From Clostridia bacterium (lineage in GTDB: Bacteria; Bacillota; Clostridia; Christensenellales; CAMQZB01), in NCBI GenBank assembly GCA_045579195.1, contig JAZNLR010000065.1, forward strand, positions 1 to 55,898: DNA of 55,898 bases, given 5' to 3'. Below, one piece after another: positions 36,472-45,422 of the stretch (the stretch's first letter is position 1; every line of letters starts with the position of its first letter). Under the pieces are notes generated by a model. The model searched no databases and was not told where the DNA came from. It saw only the letters and a list, made by a program, of their open reading frames with translations. Position numbers and translations under genes: made by a program.

Positions 36472-37041
36472 ATGGAAGATCGTAAGAATAACGCTCCCAG
36501 ACAGGGCAGAGAGCAGAGAGGCGGCCGTCCCAGAGGCCCGAGAAACAATCGCGAGAATCAGCAGGAAGAACTCACCAAGAAACTGATTGCTGTCAACCGC
36601 GTTACGAAAGTTGTAAAAGGCGGACGTACGATGCGTTTTGCAGCACTTGTCGTCGTTGGAGACGAGAAGGGTAAGGTCGGATGCGGAATGGGTAAGGCAA
36701 ACGAAGTTCCCGAGGCAATCGAGAAGGCAACCCAGCAGGCAAGACGCAATATGGTCAATGTTGCACTTGTTGGAACGACCATTCCTCACGAAATCACGGG
36801 TAAGTTCTCCAAGGGTTCTGTTTATATGATGCCGGCTGCAGAAGGTACCGGAGTGATCGCGGGTGGTCCCGTTCGTTCCGTTCTTGAAGCTGCAGGCGTA
36901 AAGGACATCAGAACGAAGTCCTACGGTTCGAATAACCCCATCAACTGCGTAAAGGCAACCATCGACGGACTCAAGTCCCTCCGCACGGTAGAGCAGGTTG
37001 CTGCACTTCGCGGTAAGGCTGTGGAAGATATCCTCGGCTGA
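36472..37041 (+). CDS. rpsE: 30S ribosomal protein S5 with an Arg/Gly/Asn-rich N-terminal extension
   Basis: ATG 36472 after AAGGAGG. The sequence runs [33 protein letters not shown] and then the canonical [19 protein letters not shown]. The ORF-track start at 36364 lies inside rplR. Confidence 0.96.
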   Translation: MEDRKNNAPRQGREQRGGRPRGPRNNRENQQEELTKKLIAVNRVTKVVKGGRTMRFAALVVVGDEKGKVGCGMGKANEVPEAIEKATQQARRNMVNVALVGTTIPHEITGKFSKGSVYMMPAAEGTGVIAGGPVRSVLEAAGVKDIRTKSYGSNNPINCVKATIDGLKSLRTVEQVAALRGKAVEDILG

Positions 37042-37061
37042 GCACAAGGAGGTTTGAAATA

Positions 37062-37253
37062 ATGGACACGTATAAGAAAGTTAATGTAAAGCTCATCAAG
37101 AGCACGATCAGCAGCATCCAGTCCCACAAGGCGACCGTTGAGGCGCTCGGGTTGAAGAAAGTTGGTCAGTCTAAGGTTCACACCCTGACCCCTTCCATCG
37201 CAGGAATGTTGTTCAAGGTGAAGCATCTCGTCTCCGTGACGGATGCTGAGTAA
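37062..37253 (+). CDS. rpmD: 50S ribosomal protein L30
   Basis: 63 aa: ...VKLIKSTISSIQSHKATVEALGLKKVGQSKVH. Confidence 0.96.
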   Translation: MDTYKKVNVKLIKSTISSIQSHKATVEALGLKKVGQSKVHTLTPSIAGMLFKVKHLVSVTDAE

Positions 37254-37273
37254 CCAGCTAGGAGGATATCACA

Positions 37274-37723
37274 ATGAGAATGCATACTATTTCTCCGGCA
37301 CCCGGTGCCGTTAAGGAGTCTAAGAGACTGGGCCGCGGAATCGGAAGCGGACTCGGCAAGACGTCCGGTAAGGGCCACAAGGGTCAGTGGGCAAGAAGTG
37401 GTGGCGGTGTTCGTCCCGGATTTGAGGGAGGAACGATGCCTTTGACGAGACGTATTCCGAAGAGAGGATTTAACAATATCTTCCGCAAGGAGTACATCGT
37501 TGTTAACGTTTGCCAGCTTGAAATGTTTGAAGCAAACACCGAAATTACGCTTGAGCTTCTTTTGGAAAACGGCGTTGTTAATGCATTGAAGGGCAACGCA
37601 GGACTCAAGGTTCTCGGAGATGGCAGCCTTACGAAGCCTTTGAAGGTCAAAGCTGAAAAGTTCTCCGCAAAAGCGGTTGAGGCAATTCAGAACGCAGGCG
37701 GAACCATCGAAGTGATTGGTTAA
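37274..37723 (+). CDS. rplO: 50S ribosomal protein L15
   Basis: ...[38 protein letters not shown]. Confidence 0.98.
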   Translation: MRMHTISPAPGAVKESKRLGRGIGSGLGKTSGKGHKGQWARSGGGVRPGFEGGTMPLTRRIPKRGFNNIFRKEYIVVNVCQLEMFEANTEITLELLLENGVVNALKGNAGLKVLGDGSLTKPLKVKAEKFSAKAVEAIQNAGGTIEVIG

Positions 37724-37775
37724 TCACAACGTTCGGATCAACTCCTGAAACTTTTAGTCAAACGGAGGACATTTC

Positions 37776-39083
37776 ATGTTTGAAACAATCAAAAATGCCT
37801 TTAAGATCAAAGAGGTCCGTAATAAGATCCTTATTACGTTAGGCTTACTTTTACTTTACAGATTGGGTTGCTTCGTTCCCGTTCCGGGAATCGACAGCGG
37901 TTCTTTCTCCTCTTCGATTTCGGGAAACGGATTCCTCGGAGTCATGAGCAGCATCTCGGGTGGCGCGCTTGCAAACGGAACGTTGTTCGCAATGGGCGTT
38001 GGACCGTACATCAATGCATCCATTATCATGCAGCTTCTTTGCATCGGTATTCCCGCGCTTGAGAAACTCTCCAAGCAGGGTGAAGAGGGAAGAAAGAAGA
38101 TCGCGCAGTACACGCGCTATCTCACGTTGGTTCTTGCAGTCGTTCAGTCGGTTGCAATCCTCATCTCTTCCAGCGGATCGATCGATTTCACCATCCTCGG
38201 TGGAGCAGAGAAGAACTTGAAGTGGTTGACTTATATTTGCATGACCATCATCTTCGTCGCAGGCGCTTCCTTGACGATGTGGATCGGTGAGCGCATCACG
38301 GATTACGGCATCGGAAACGGTATTTCCCTGTTGATTTTCGTCGGTATTCTTGCAACGGCAGGAAACGCGATCCTCTCCCAGCTTTCGGCAATCTTCGGCG
38401 GCGACATCGCTCAGCTGTGGTCTTTGCTCGGATTCTTGGTGGCAGTGGTCATCGTCTTCGCTTGCATTGTTACCGTTGAGCTCGCAGAGAGAAAGATCCC
38501 CGTTCAGTACGCAAAGCAGATCAAGGGAAGAAAAATGTATGGCGGACAGTCCACGTACATTCCCATCAAAGTCAACGGATCCGGCGTTATGCCTTTGATC
38601 TTTGCATTCGCAATCATCAGCTTCCCTGACTTGATCATCAATATGTTCTGGCCGAACAGCAACGCTGCAGTGTTCTATGCGCAGTATATCGGAATGGGTA
38701 GCTACGTTTATCCCGTGCTCCTCTCCGCGTTGATCATCTTCTTTGCATACTTCTATGCAATGATCCAGTTCAACCCGGACGACATTGCAAAGAACATCCA
38801 GCAATACGGCGGATTTATCCCCGGCATTCGTCCCGGAAAGCCGACGACGCTTTATTTGAAGAAGATCTCGAAGAGAATTACGCTGTTCGGTGCGATTTTT
38901 CTCGCTCTTGTCGCTCTCGTTCCTTCGCTGGTCTTCACGGCAGTTGCAGGCGCTGCAAACTCCGGATTGATCAACGCATTCAGCACGACGGGACTCCTCA
39001 TCGCAGTTTCCTGTGCACTTGAGTTCGATAAGCAGCTTGAATCGCAGATCATGATGCGTCATTACAAGGGTTTCTTGAAGTAA
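37776..39083 (+). CDS. secY: preprotein translocase subunit SecY
   Basis: 435 aa, 10 TM helices. LGVMSSISGGALANGTLFAMGVGPYINASIIMQLL is typical of SecY. Confidence 0.98.
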   Translation: MFETIKNAFKIKEVRNKILITLGLLLLYRLGCFVPVPGIDSGSFSSSISGNGFLGVMSSISGGALANGTLFAMGVGPYINASIIMQLLCIGIPALEKLSKQGEEGRKKIAQYTRYLTLVLAVVQSVAILISSSGSIDFTILGGAEKNLKWLTYICMTIIFVAGASLTMWIGERITDYGIGNGISLLIFVGILATAGNAILSQLSAIFGGDIAQLWSLLGFLVAVVIVFACIVTVELAERKIPVQYAKQIKGRKMYGGQSTYIPIKVNGSGVMPLIFAFAIISFPDLIINMFWPNSNAAVFYAQYIGMGSYVYPVLLSALIIFFAYFYAMIQFNPDDIAKNIQQYGGFIPGIRPGKPTTLYLKKISKRITLFGAIFLALVALVPSLVFTAVAGAANSGLINAFSTTGLLIAVSCALEFDKQLESQIMMRHYKGFLK

Positions 39084-39114
39084 GATAACCTGAAATAGCG
39101 AACAAAACGAAGGG

Positions 39115-39142
39115 TCCGGCCGTTCGAAAAAGAACGGTCGGA
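39115..39142 (+). other. stable hairpin between secY and adk (no proper T-run)
   Basis: TCCGGCCGTTC-gaaaaa-GAACGGTCGGA, 11 bp with one G-U, followed by atactttggctttt. Confidence 0.45.
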
Positions 39143-39166
39143 ATACTTTGGCTTTTGGAGATTTTT

Positions 39167-39787
39167 ATGAAATTGATTTTATTGGGTGCTCCCGGCGCAG
39201 GAAAGGGAACGCAGGCTGTCAGAATCGCTGAAAAGTATGCAATTCCTCACATTTCCACCGGCGACATCTTCCGCTACAACATCAAGAACCAAACCGAACT
39301 CGGCCGCAAGGCAAAAGAGTATATGGACAAAGGCGAGCTCGTTCCTGATGAGTTGACCTGCAAGATCGTTGCGGACCGCATCGTGAAAGAAGACTGCGCA
39401 AACGGCTTCTTGCTCGACGGATTCCCTCGCAACTTGTTTCAGGCGGAAGCGCTTTCCGAAATGACGGACATCGACGCTGTGATCAACATCGACGTTGATC
39501 TTGCGAAGTTGATGGCGCGCTTGACGGGCCGCAGAGTTTGCGGAAAGTGTGGCGAAAGCTATCACATTGACTTCTTGAACGGTAAGACGGATTGCGCAAA
39601 GTGCGGCGCGGAATTGATCCAGCGCGCGGACGATTGCGAGGCAACCGTGAAGAGCCGTTTGGACGTTTACGTTTCCCAGACGCAGCCGTTGATTGATTAT
39701 TATGGCGGAAAGGGCCTTATCCGTAACGTAGATGGTTCGCAGCCGATTGAAGACGTCTTTGCGGACGTTTGCAAGATCCTCGGATAA
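39167..39787 (+). CDS. adk: adenylate kinase (zinc-lid form)
   Basis: ATG 39167 (MKLILLGAPGAGKGTQ). The lid carries CGKCG...CAKCG. The ORF track begins at TTG 39155. Confidence 0.97.
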   Translation: MKLILLGAPGAGKGTQAVRIAEKYAIPHISTGDIFRYNIKNQTELGRKAKEYMDKGELVPDELTCKIVADRIVKEDCANGFLLDGFPRNLFQAEALSEMTDIDAVINIDVDLAKLMARLTGRRVCGKCGESYHIDFLNGKTDCAKCGAELIQRADDCEATVKSRLDVYVSQTQPLIDYYGGKGLIRNVDGSQPIEDVFADVCKILG

Positions 39788-39788
39788 A

Positions 39789-40535
39789 ATGGTATATCTG
39801 AAGAATGCGGAAGAAATTGCCGCAATGCGTGAAGCAAACAGAATTGTCAAGGATGCTCTTGCCGAGGTGGAAGAAAAGATTCGCCCCGGAATGACGACGG
39901 CGGACGTGAATCGAATCGTTCACTTCCGAATCATCAAAGAGGGAGCAAAACCTTCTTTCCTCAATTATCACGGATATCCTGCTTCTGCGTGTGTTTCGGT
40001 GGACGAAGTCGTGATTCACGGCATCCCGAACAAGAAGCGCATTTTGGAAGAGGGGAATATCGTGAGCGTTGACGTCGGCGCATTCAAGAACGGGTTTCAC
40101 GGAGATGCAGCAAGAACGTTTTGCATCGGAAAGGTGAGCGAGGAAAAGGAAAAACTCGTCCGCGTTACGAGAGAGAGTTTCTTTCAGGGCGTTGAACAGT
40201 TCCGAGAGGGAAACCGCTTAGGTGATATTTCTTTTGCGATTCAAAGTCATGCAGAGCAGAACGGATTTTCCGTTGTTCGATCTTTCGTCGGGCACGGAAT
40301 CGGTCGCGAGATGCACGAAGATCCGAATGTTCCCAATTATGGACGTAAGGGTCACGGTCTTCGCTTGCAGAAGGGGATGGCACTCGCAATCGAGCCGATG
40401 GTAAACATTGGAACGTTTGACGTGCGGATGCTGGATGACGGCTGGACCGTTGTCACGGCAGACGGGCTTCCGTCGGCACACTATGAAAACACAGTCGTGC
40501 TCACAGAGAACGGAGTCGAAATTTTGACTTTATAA
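39789..40535 (+). CDS. map: type I methionine aminopeptidase
   Basis: ATG 39789 (MVYLKNAEEIAAMREANRIV). Metal ligands sit in VSVDVGA, GHGIG, AIEPM and HYENTV contexts. Confidence 0.96.
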   Translation: MVYLKNAEEIAAMREANRIVKDALAEVEEKIRPGMTTADVNRIVHFRIIKEGAKPSFLNYHGYPASACVSVDEVVIHGIPNKKRILEEGNIVSVDVGAFKNGFHGDAARTFCIGKVSEEKEKLVRVTRESFFQGVEQFREGNRLGDISFAIQSHAEQNGFSVVRSFVGHGIGREMHEDPNVPNYGRKGHGLRLQKGMALAIEPMVNIGTFDVRMLDDGWTVVTADGLPSAHYENTVVLTENGVEILTL

Positions 40536-40545
40536 TGGAGTAAAA

Positions 40546-40836
40546 ATGGAAACAGAGGTTCGAATAGGACAGGTAGTTTACGTTAAAAGCGGTCGCGATA
40601 AGGATAGAAACTTCATCGTGTACCGAATCGTCGACGAGTCTTACGTTGAGATCGTTGACGGCAAGGTAAGACGCCTTGCTAAGCCGAAAAAGAAAAAACT
40701 GAAGCATCTGAAGCTTTTGAGCGGATGCTTGGATAAGCTTGCGGAAAAGATCAAAGCCGGAAAAACCATCCACGACAGTGAGATCCGCAGTGCACTTCGT
40801 AATTTCAGTGAGGAAAAGGAGGAAGCCGATGTCTAA
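40546..40836 (+). CDS. KOW-domain RNA-binding protein (map-infA spacer gene of Firmicutes)
   Basis: 96 aa: [45 protein letters not shown]. Its 3' end overlaps infA by 8 nt. Confidence 0.75.
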   Translation: METEVRIGQVVYVKSGRDKDRNFIVYRIVDESYVEIVDGKVRRLAKPKKKKLKHLKLLSGCLDKLAEKIKAGKTIHDSEIRSALRNFSEEKEEADV

Positions 40837-41050
40837 AGACGATGTCATTGAAGTTGAAGGCGTGGTCATTGAAGTTTTGCGCAACGCAATGTTCAAGGTC
40901 AAGCTGTCAAATGATCATGTGATTACCGCATATATTTCGGGAAAGCTGAGAATGAATTACATCAAAATTATTGCGGGTGACAAGGTTACCGTCGAAATGA
41001 GCCCGTATGATTTGACAAAAGGCAGAATTATTTGGCGAAGTAAGAATTAA
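40829..41050 (+). CDS. infA: translation initiation factor IF-1
   Basis: ATG 40829 after [77 protein letters not shown]. Confidence 0.97.
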   Translation: MSKDDVIEVEGVVIEVLRNAMFKVKLSNDHVITAYISGKLRMNYIKIIAGDKVTVEMSPYDLTKGRIIWRSKN

Positions 41051-41064
41051 GTGTGTTAATTCGT

Positions 41065-41093
41065 TTTACATCTTGCAATTTTTTTGTTATAAT
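41065..41093 (+). promoter_or_regulatory. internal extended -10 promoter ahead of rpmJ and the alpha operon
   Basis: TTTACA (41065-41070), 17-nt spacer, TGtTATAAT (41085-41093). Confidence 0.55.
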
Positions 41094-41123
41094 AAACGAT
41101 AGTGAGTTTGGAGGATATTAAAA

Positions 41124-41240
41124 ATGAAGGTTAGACCGTCTGTTAAGCCCATGTGCGATAAGTGCAGAGTTATCAAGAGAGAAGGAAAAGTTATGGTCAT
41201 CTGCTCGAAGGACAAGAGCCACAAGCAGAAACAAGGCTAA
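41124..41240 (+). CDS. rpmJ: 50S ribosomal protein L36
   Basis: Not in the ORF track (38 aa). My translation is [47 protein letters not shown] is 8 nt upstream. Confidence 0.95.
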   Translation: MKVRPSVKPMCDKCRVIKREGKVMVICSKDKSHKQKQG

Positions 41241-41372
41241 TTGTTGGTAAGACAACAACCGTATGCTGCACGAAGGACACCCGCATTCCAAATTACAGGG
41301 TGTGCTTTTTGCAGCCGTTCACATATATACAAATTTATTACATTTTAAAATTCTATGGAGGAAATTTAGAAT
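41241..41372 (+). promoter_or_regulatory. 132-nt structured leader between rpmJ and rpsM
   Basis: TTGTTG-gtaaga-CAACAA lies at 41241-41258. A nested helix GCTGC(41265-41269)...ACACCC(41277-41282)-loop-GGGTGT(41298-41303)-gcttttt-GCAGC(41311-41315) sequesters a T-run. Confidence 0.45.
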
Positions 41373-41750
41373 ATGGCTCGTATTGCAGGCGTTGACTTGC
41401 CGAGAGAAAAGCGTATTGAGATCGGTTTGACGTATATTTACGGAATCGGTCGCGCGACTGCGACGAAGATTCTGGAAGAGACCGGAATCAACCCCGACAT
41501 TCGCGTGAAAGACCTGAGCGAAGCTGACACCTCGTTGCTTCGTGAGTACATTGAGAAGAATTTGTCCGTTGAGGGTGAACTCCGCACCGAAGTTTCCCTG
41601 AACATCAAGCGTCTGATGGAAATCGGATGCTATCGTGGTGTGCGTCACAGAAAGGGTCTGCCCGTTAGAGGACAGAGCACGAAGACGAACGCACGTACCC
41701 GTAAGGGCCCGAAGCGCACGGTCGCTAAGAAGAAGACCGCAAGCAAGTAA
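41373..41750 (+). CDS. rpsM: 30S ribosomal protein S13
   Basis: [26 protein letters not shown]... Confidence 0.98.
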   Translation: MARIAGVDLPREKRIEIGLTYIYGIGRATATKILEETGINPDIRVKDLSEADTSLLREYIEKNLSVEGELRTEVSLNIKRLMEIGCYRGVRHRKGLPVRGQSTKTNARTRKGPKRTVAKKKTASK

Positions 41751-41771
41751 GGTTAAGGAGCGTGAGTACAA

Positions 41772-42161
41772 ATGGCTGTTAAAAAAGTTATTAAGAAAAG
41801 AAGAGAATTTAAGAACATCGATAAAGGACAGGTTCACATTCAATCTTCCTTTAACAACACGATCGTTACTTTTACGGATATGCAGGGAAATGCAATTTCC
41901 GCTTGCAGCGCTGGAGCTCTCGGATTCCGCGGCTCCCGTAAGAGCACGCCGTTTGCTGCACAGCAGGCAACCGAAGTTGCTGCAAAGGCTGCAAAAGAGC
42001 ATGGTTTGCGCACGGTAGAAGTTTACGTGAAGGGACCCGGCCAGGGACGTGAGTCTGCAATCAGAGCACTCGCAACTGCTGAGCTTCAGGTAACTTTGAT
42101 TAAGGACGTCTCGCCGATTCCTCACAACGGATGCCGTCCTCCCAAGCGTAGAAGAGTATAA
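41772..42161 (+). CDS. rpsK: 30S ribosomal protein S11
   Basis: ...[29 protein letters not shown]... Confidence 0.98.
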   Translation: MAVKKVIKKRREFKNIDKGQVHIQSSFNNTIVTFTDMQGNAISACSAGALGFRGSRKSTPFAAQQATEVAAKAAKEHGLRTVEVYVKGPGQGRESAIRALATAELQVTLIKDVSPIPHNGCRPPKRRRV

Positions 42162-42176
42162 CGGAGGTTATGTCAA

Positions 42177-42800
42177 ATGGCTAAATATACCGGTTCGGAT
42201 TGCCGTCTCTGCAGAAGAGAGGGTTGCAAATTGTTTTTGAAGGGCGACCGTTGCTATAGCAGCAAGTGCGCGTTTGATAAGCGCCCTGCCGCTCCCGGAC
42301 AGCACGGCGCAGGAAGAAAGAAAATCTCTGGTTACGGATTGCAGTTGCGCGAAAAGCAGAAAGCAAAGAGAATTTACGGTGTTGCTGAAGGTCAGTTCAG
42401 AAAGTATTATGAAAAGGCCGACAGAATGAAGGGCATCACCGGTGAGAACATGCTCCAGCTTCTTGAGCGTCGTTTGGACAACGTCGTTTACAGAATGGGC
42501 ATTGGTATGTCTCGTTCTCAGAGCCGTCAGCTTGTTAACCACGCACACATCACCGTAAACGGAAAAACGGTCAACATCCCGTCCTACATCGTGAAGGCAG
42601 GCGACGTTGTTGCAGTTAAGGAGACGAAGCGCTCCAACGCATTCTTCAACGAGTTGAAGAACACCAGCAATACGAAGTGCCCCGCTTGGCTTTCCTTTGA
42701 CACTGAGTCCTTGACGGGAAAAGTCATCACTCTGCCGGAGCGCAAGGATATTGATCTCACGATCGCTGAGCATATGATCGTCGAGTTGTATTCGAAGTAA
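42177..42800 (+). CDS. rpsD: 30S ribosomal protein S4
   Basis: [31 protein letters not shown]... plus the S4 domain. Confidence 0.98.
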   Translation: MAKYTGSDCRLCRREGCKLFLKGDRCYSSKCAFDKRPAAPGQHGAGRKKISGYGLQLREKQKAKRIYGVAEGQFRKYYEKADRMKGITGENMLQLLERRLDNVVYRMGIGMSRSQSRQLVNHAHITVNGKTVNIPSYIVKAGDVVAVKETKRSNAFFNELKNTSNTKCPAWLSFDTESLTGKVITLPERKDIDLTIAEHMIVELYSK

Positions 42801-42862
42801 TCATCGGCACCGCCCAAAGGGTTTGGGCAAACAATTTAAAATATAAAGGAGGATGACTTTCT

Positions 42863-43816
42863 ATGATGGAAATTGAAATGCCTAAGATCAGGATTGAAGA
42901 AAGCGACGACCGTTCGAAGGCAAAGTTCATTATTGAACCATTGGAGAGAGGTTTTGGAATCACCCTCGGAAATGCGCTTCGCCGCGTTCTGTTGTCTGCG
43001 CTTCCCGGTGCTGCTGCCGTTGGAATCCAGATTGAGGGAATTCAGCACGAGTTTTCGACCATCCCCGGCGTCAAGGAAGACGTTGCGGAGATTATCTTAA
43101 ACTTGAAGACGCTGGCAATCAAAACCACCACCACCAATAAGGATTTCAGAAAGTCTGTATTTATTCACAAGCAAGGACCTTGTGTTGTGACCGCAAGTGA
43201 CATTGAACTTGACGCAGAAATCGAGATTCTTAATTCCGATGCATACCTTTGCTCGATTGACGAGGGTGGCTCGTTGAATATGGAAATCGTGATTGGAAGA
43301 GGCCGTGGATATCAGTCTGCCGCAAGCAATAAGAGCGACAAGAACCCCATCGGTTTCATTCCCATCGATTCGATTTACACGCCCGTTAAGAAGGTAAATT
43401 ACACCGTTGAAAGCACGCGCGTTGGACAGAATATAGACCACGATAAGCTCACAATCGACGTTGTCACCGACGGCACGTTTACTTGCTGTGAAGTCATTAG
43501 CCTTGCTGCAAACATTCTCGATTCGCACGTTCGCCTCTTTGTCGACCTCGTTGACACGATGGGAAGCATGGACATTATGGTGAGCCGCGAAGAAGATAAG
43601 CAGCAACGCGTTCTCGAGATGAACATCGAGGATATGGACCTCTCCGTCCGTTCGTACAACTGTCTTAAGCGTGCTGGCATCCATACTGTTGAAGACCTCA
43701 CAAAGAAGTCTGAAGACGATATGTTGAAGGTCAGAAACTTGGGAAGAAAGTCGCTCGACGAAGTGATCCATAAGCTGGAAAGCTACGGCTTGAGTCTTAA
43801 AAGCAACGAAGATTAA
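42863..43816 (+). CDS. rpoA: DNA-directed RNA polymerase subunit alpha
   Basis: ...FIIEPLERGFGITLGNALRRVLLS... with a C-terminal domain IEDMDLSVRSYNCLKRAGIHTVEDL. Confidence 0.98.
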   Translation: MMEIEMPKIRIEESDDRSKAKFIIEPLERGFGITLGNALRRVLLSALPGAAAVGIQIEGIQHEFSTIPGVKEDVAEIILNLKTLAIKTTTTNKDFRKSVFIHKQGPCVVTASDIELDAEIEILNSDAYLCSIDEGGSLNMEIVIGRGRGYQSAASNKSDKNPIGFIPIDSIYTPVKKVNYTVESTRVGQNIDHDKLTIDVVTDGTFTCCEVISLAANILDSHVRLFVDLVDTMGSMDIMVSREEDKQQRVLEMNIEDMDLSVRSYNCLKRAGIHTVEDLTKKSEDDMLKVRNLGRKSLDEVIHKLESYGLSLKSNED

Positions 43817-43833
43817 TCAGGAGGAAATAACCC

Positions 43834-44361
43834 GTGAACAGAAAGTTAGGGAAACCGACCGACCAGCGTATGGCGATGATTAAGAATCAGGCGTCTGAGC
43901 TGCTTTGGTTTGGAAGAATAGAGACCACTTATCCGAGAGCTAAGTCCGTTCAGAGATACGTGGAAAAGCTCATCACGAAAGCAATCAATACTTATGAGGA
44001 CACCGTGACCGTCACCAAGACCGTTACCGTTCTCGAAACCAAGGGCAAGGAGACCAAGGAAGTCAAGAAGGACAAGGAGTTCATCAACGACGGCCCGAAG
44101 AAGTTGGCAGCTCGCCGTGCAATCATGGCAAAGCTCGTTGACCTCAAGGAGATCAAACAGCCCGGAGAATCCAAGGGTGAGTACTTCGACAGAACGCACG
44201 AAGTCAACCATCCGTTGATTGAAAAGCTCTTCAATGAAATTGCTCCGAAGTATGCAGAGCGCGCGAAGGAAAAAGGCCAGGGCGGTGGATATACCCGTGT
44301 CTTGAAGCTTGGCGTTCGCCGCGGTGATGCTGCTGAAATGGCAATCATCGAGCTGATCTAA
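43834..44361 (+). CDS. rplQ: 50S ribosomal protein L17, long form with an internal insertion
   Basis: GTG start after AGGAGGA. N-terminus is NRKLGKPTDQRMAMIKNQ, C-terminus is GGGYTRVLKLGVRRGDAAEMAIIELI. At 175 aa it is about 50 aa longer than the common bacterial form. Confidence 0.95.
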   Translation: MNRKLGKPTDQRMAMIKNQASELLWFGRIETTYPRAKSVQRYVEKLITKAINTYEDTVTVTKTVTVLETKGKETKEVKKDKEFINDGPKKLAARRAIMAKLVDLKEIKQPGESKGEYFDRTHEVNHPLIEKLFNEIAPKYAERAKEKGQGGGYTRVLKLGVRRGDAAEMAIIELI

Positions 44362-44370
44362 CGAAGCATA

Positions 44371-44401
44371 AAAACCGAACCGAAAAGGTTCGGTTTTTTT
44401 A
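44371..44401 (+). terminator. intrinsic terminator of the alpha operon
   Basis: aaaaCCGAACC-gaaaa-GGTTCGGttttttt. Confidence 0.9.
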
Positions 44402-44454
44402 TGCAAAAAAACAGGGAAAAGAGGAAAGAAACGAATGTTCGCAAATATACTGTA

Positions 44455-44584
44455 AGTGGATGAAATTTTGAGTTATCCACATTGGTGTACAGGATGAAAA
44501 GTGAGGTAAAATGCCACTTTTTGGCAAATTTTGGGGAATTCATCCACCCGAAAACTTGTTCGTTGTGGAAAACTTTGTGGATAA
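44455..44584. promoter_or_regulatory. cluster of five DnaA-box-like 9-mers (two perfect)
   Basis: TTATCCACA at 44473-44481 is perfect. TGTGGATAA at 44576-44584 is perfect on the other strand. TGTGGAAAA at 44564-44572 has 1 mismatch. AGTGGATGA at 44455-44463 and TCATCCACC at 44540-44548 each have 2 mismatches. Confidence 0.7.
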
Positions 44585-44630
44585 GTGCAAAATTTACACA
44601 AATTAAGTATCTTTCAAAAGGAGGGACATT

Positions 44631-45368
44631 TTGCCGAAAATCGAGTTGAAAGTGCGATTTTGGACGGTCGTTTTCGCGGTCATTTTCATTGCTTTTTCTG
44701 CTTCAATTTGCGCCGTTGAGACCGCTTTTTCAAGTGAAATTCCCAAAAGACAATTCTGCGTTGTGATTGATGCTGGGCATGGGGGAATGGACGGAGGTGC
44801 AGTTGGAACGCGAACAAAAGTGACGGAAAAGGAAATCAATCTTCTCATTGCAAATGAGCTTGCTGCTCTTTTTTCTGTAAACGATTTTCGCGTTGTGATG
44901 ACGCGAACGCAGGACGTCGGGTTATACGGTGACACGTCGCCCGGGTTTAAGCGGCGGGATCTTGCAGCGCGGAAGAAGATCATTGAAGAGGCAAACGCAG
45001 ATCTTGTCATCAGCATCCACTTGAACACCTGTGGTTCTGCCGCGCGAGAGGGAGCACAAGTCTTCTTCAACGGGGAAAGTGTACGTTCGCGTGCATTTGG
45101 GAGATGCGTTCAAACTGCACTCAACAAATCGGAAGATTGTGTTCGAGCGGCGAACGCAATCTCAGGGGATTTTTACATGGTCACCTGTACGCCTGTCCCT
45201 TCGGTCTTGGTGGAGTGCGGCTTTTTGAGCTCACCTGTCGACGAGGCTCGTCTTCTCACCGAAAAATATCGCGAAAGCCTTGCTTACTCCATTTACTGTG
45301 GATCGGTGTTCTTTTTGTTTGAAGATGAAATGAGAGAGAATCCAAACGAACTTATCCAAAACCATTGA
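44631..45368 (+). CDS. cwlD: N-acetylmuramoyl-L-alanine amidase, CwlD-like (Amidase_3 with an N-terminal TM helix)
   Basis: TTG start after AAAAGGAGGG. TM helix, then VVIDAGHGGMDGGAVG, RRDLAARKKIIEEANADLVISIHLN and VLVECGFLSS. Confidence 0.7.
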   Translation: MPKIELKVRFWTVVFAVIFIAFSASICAVETAFSSEIPKRQFCVVIDAGHGGMDGGAVGTRTKVTEKEINLLIANELAALFSVNDFRVVMTRTQDVGLYGDTSPGFKRRDLAARKKIIEEANADLVISIHLNTCGSAAREGAQVFFNGESVRSRAFGRCVQTALNKSEDCVRAANAISGDFYMVTCTPVPSVLVECGFLSSPVDEARLLTEKYRESLAYSIYCGSVFFLFEDEMRENPNELIQNH

Positions 45369-45393
45369 AAAAAAGCCTGTCTTGTGGTATAAT
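45365..45393 (+). promoter_or_regulatory. extended -10 sigma-A promoter
   Basis: TTGAAA (45365-45370, overlapping the cwlD stop), 17-nt spacer, TGgTATAAT (45385-45393). Confidence 0.7.
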
Positions 45394-45422
45394 TTACAAT
45401 AGATCATTTTGAGGAGAACGAG

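Noticed and set aside
44402-44630. DnaA-box region considered as the replication origin (oriC)
   Set aside because: No dnaA, dnaN or rpmH neighbours are present. There is no AT-rich 13-mer/27-mer-type unwinding element and no DnaA-trio repeats next to the boxes. The cluster is too small for a Firmicute oriC.
44494-44649. 51-codon ORF (MKSEVKCHFLANFGEF...) running across the DnaA boxes
   Set aside because: It has no spaced RBS, runs into the cwlD-like start region, and is Cys/Phe-rich. It is most likely non-coding.
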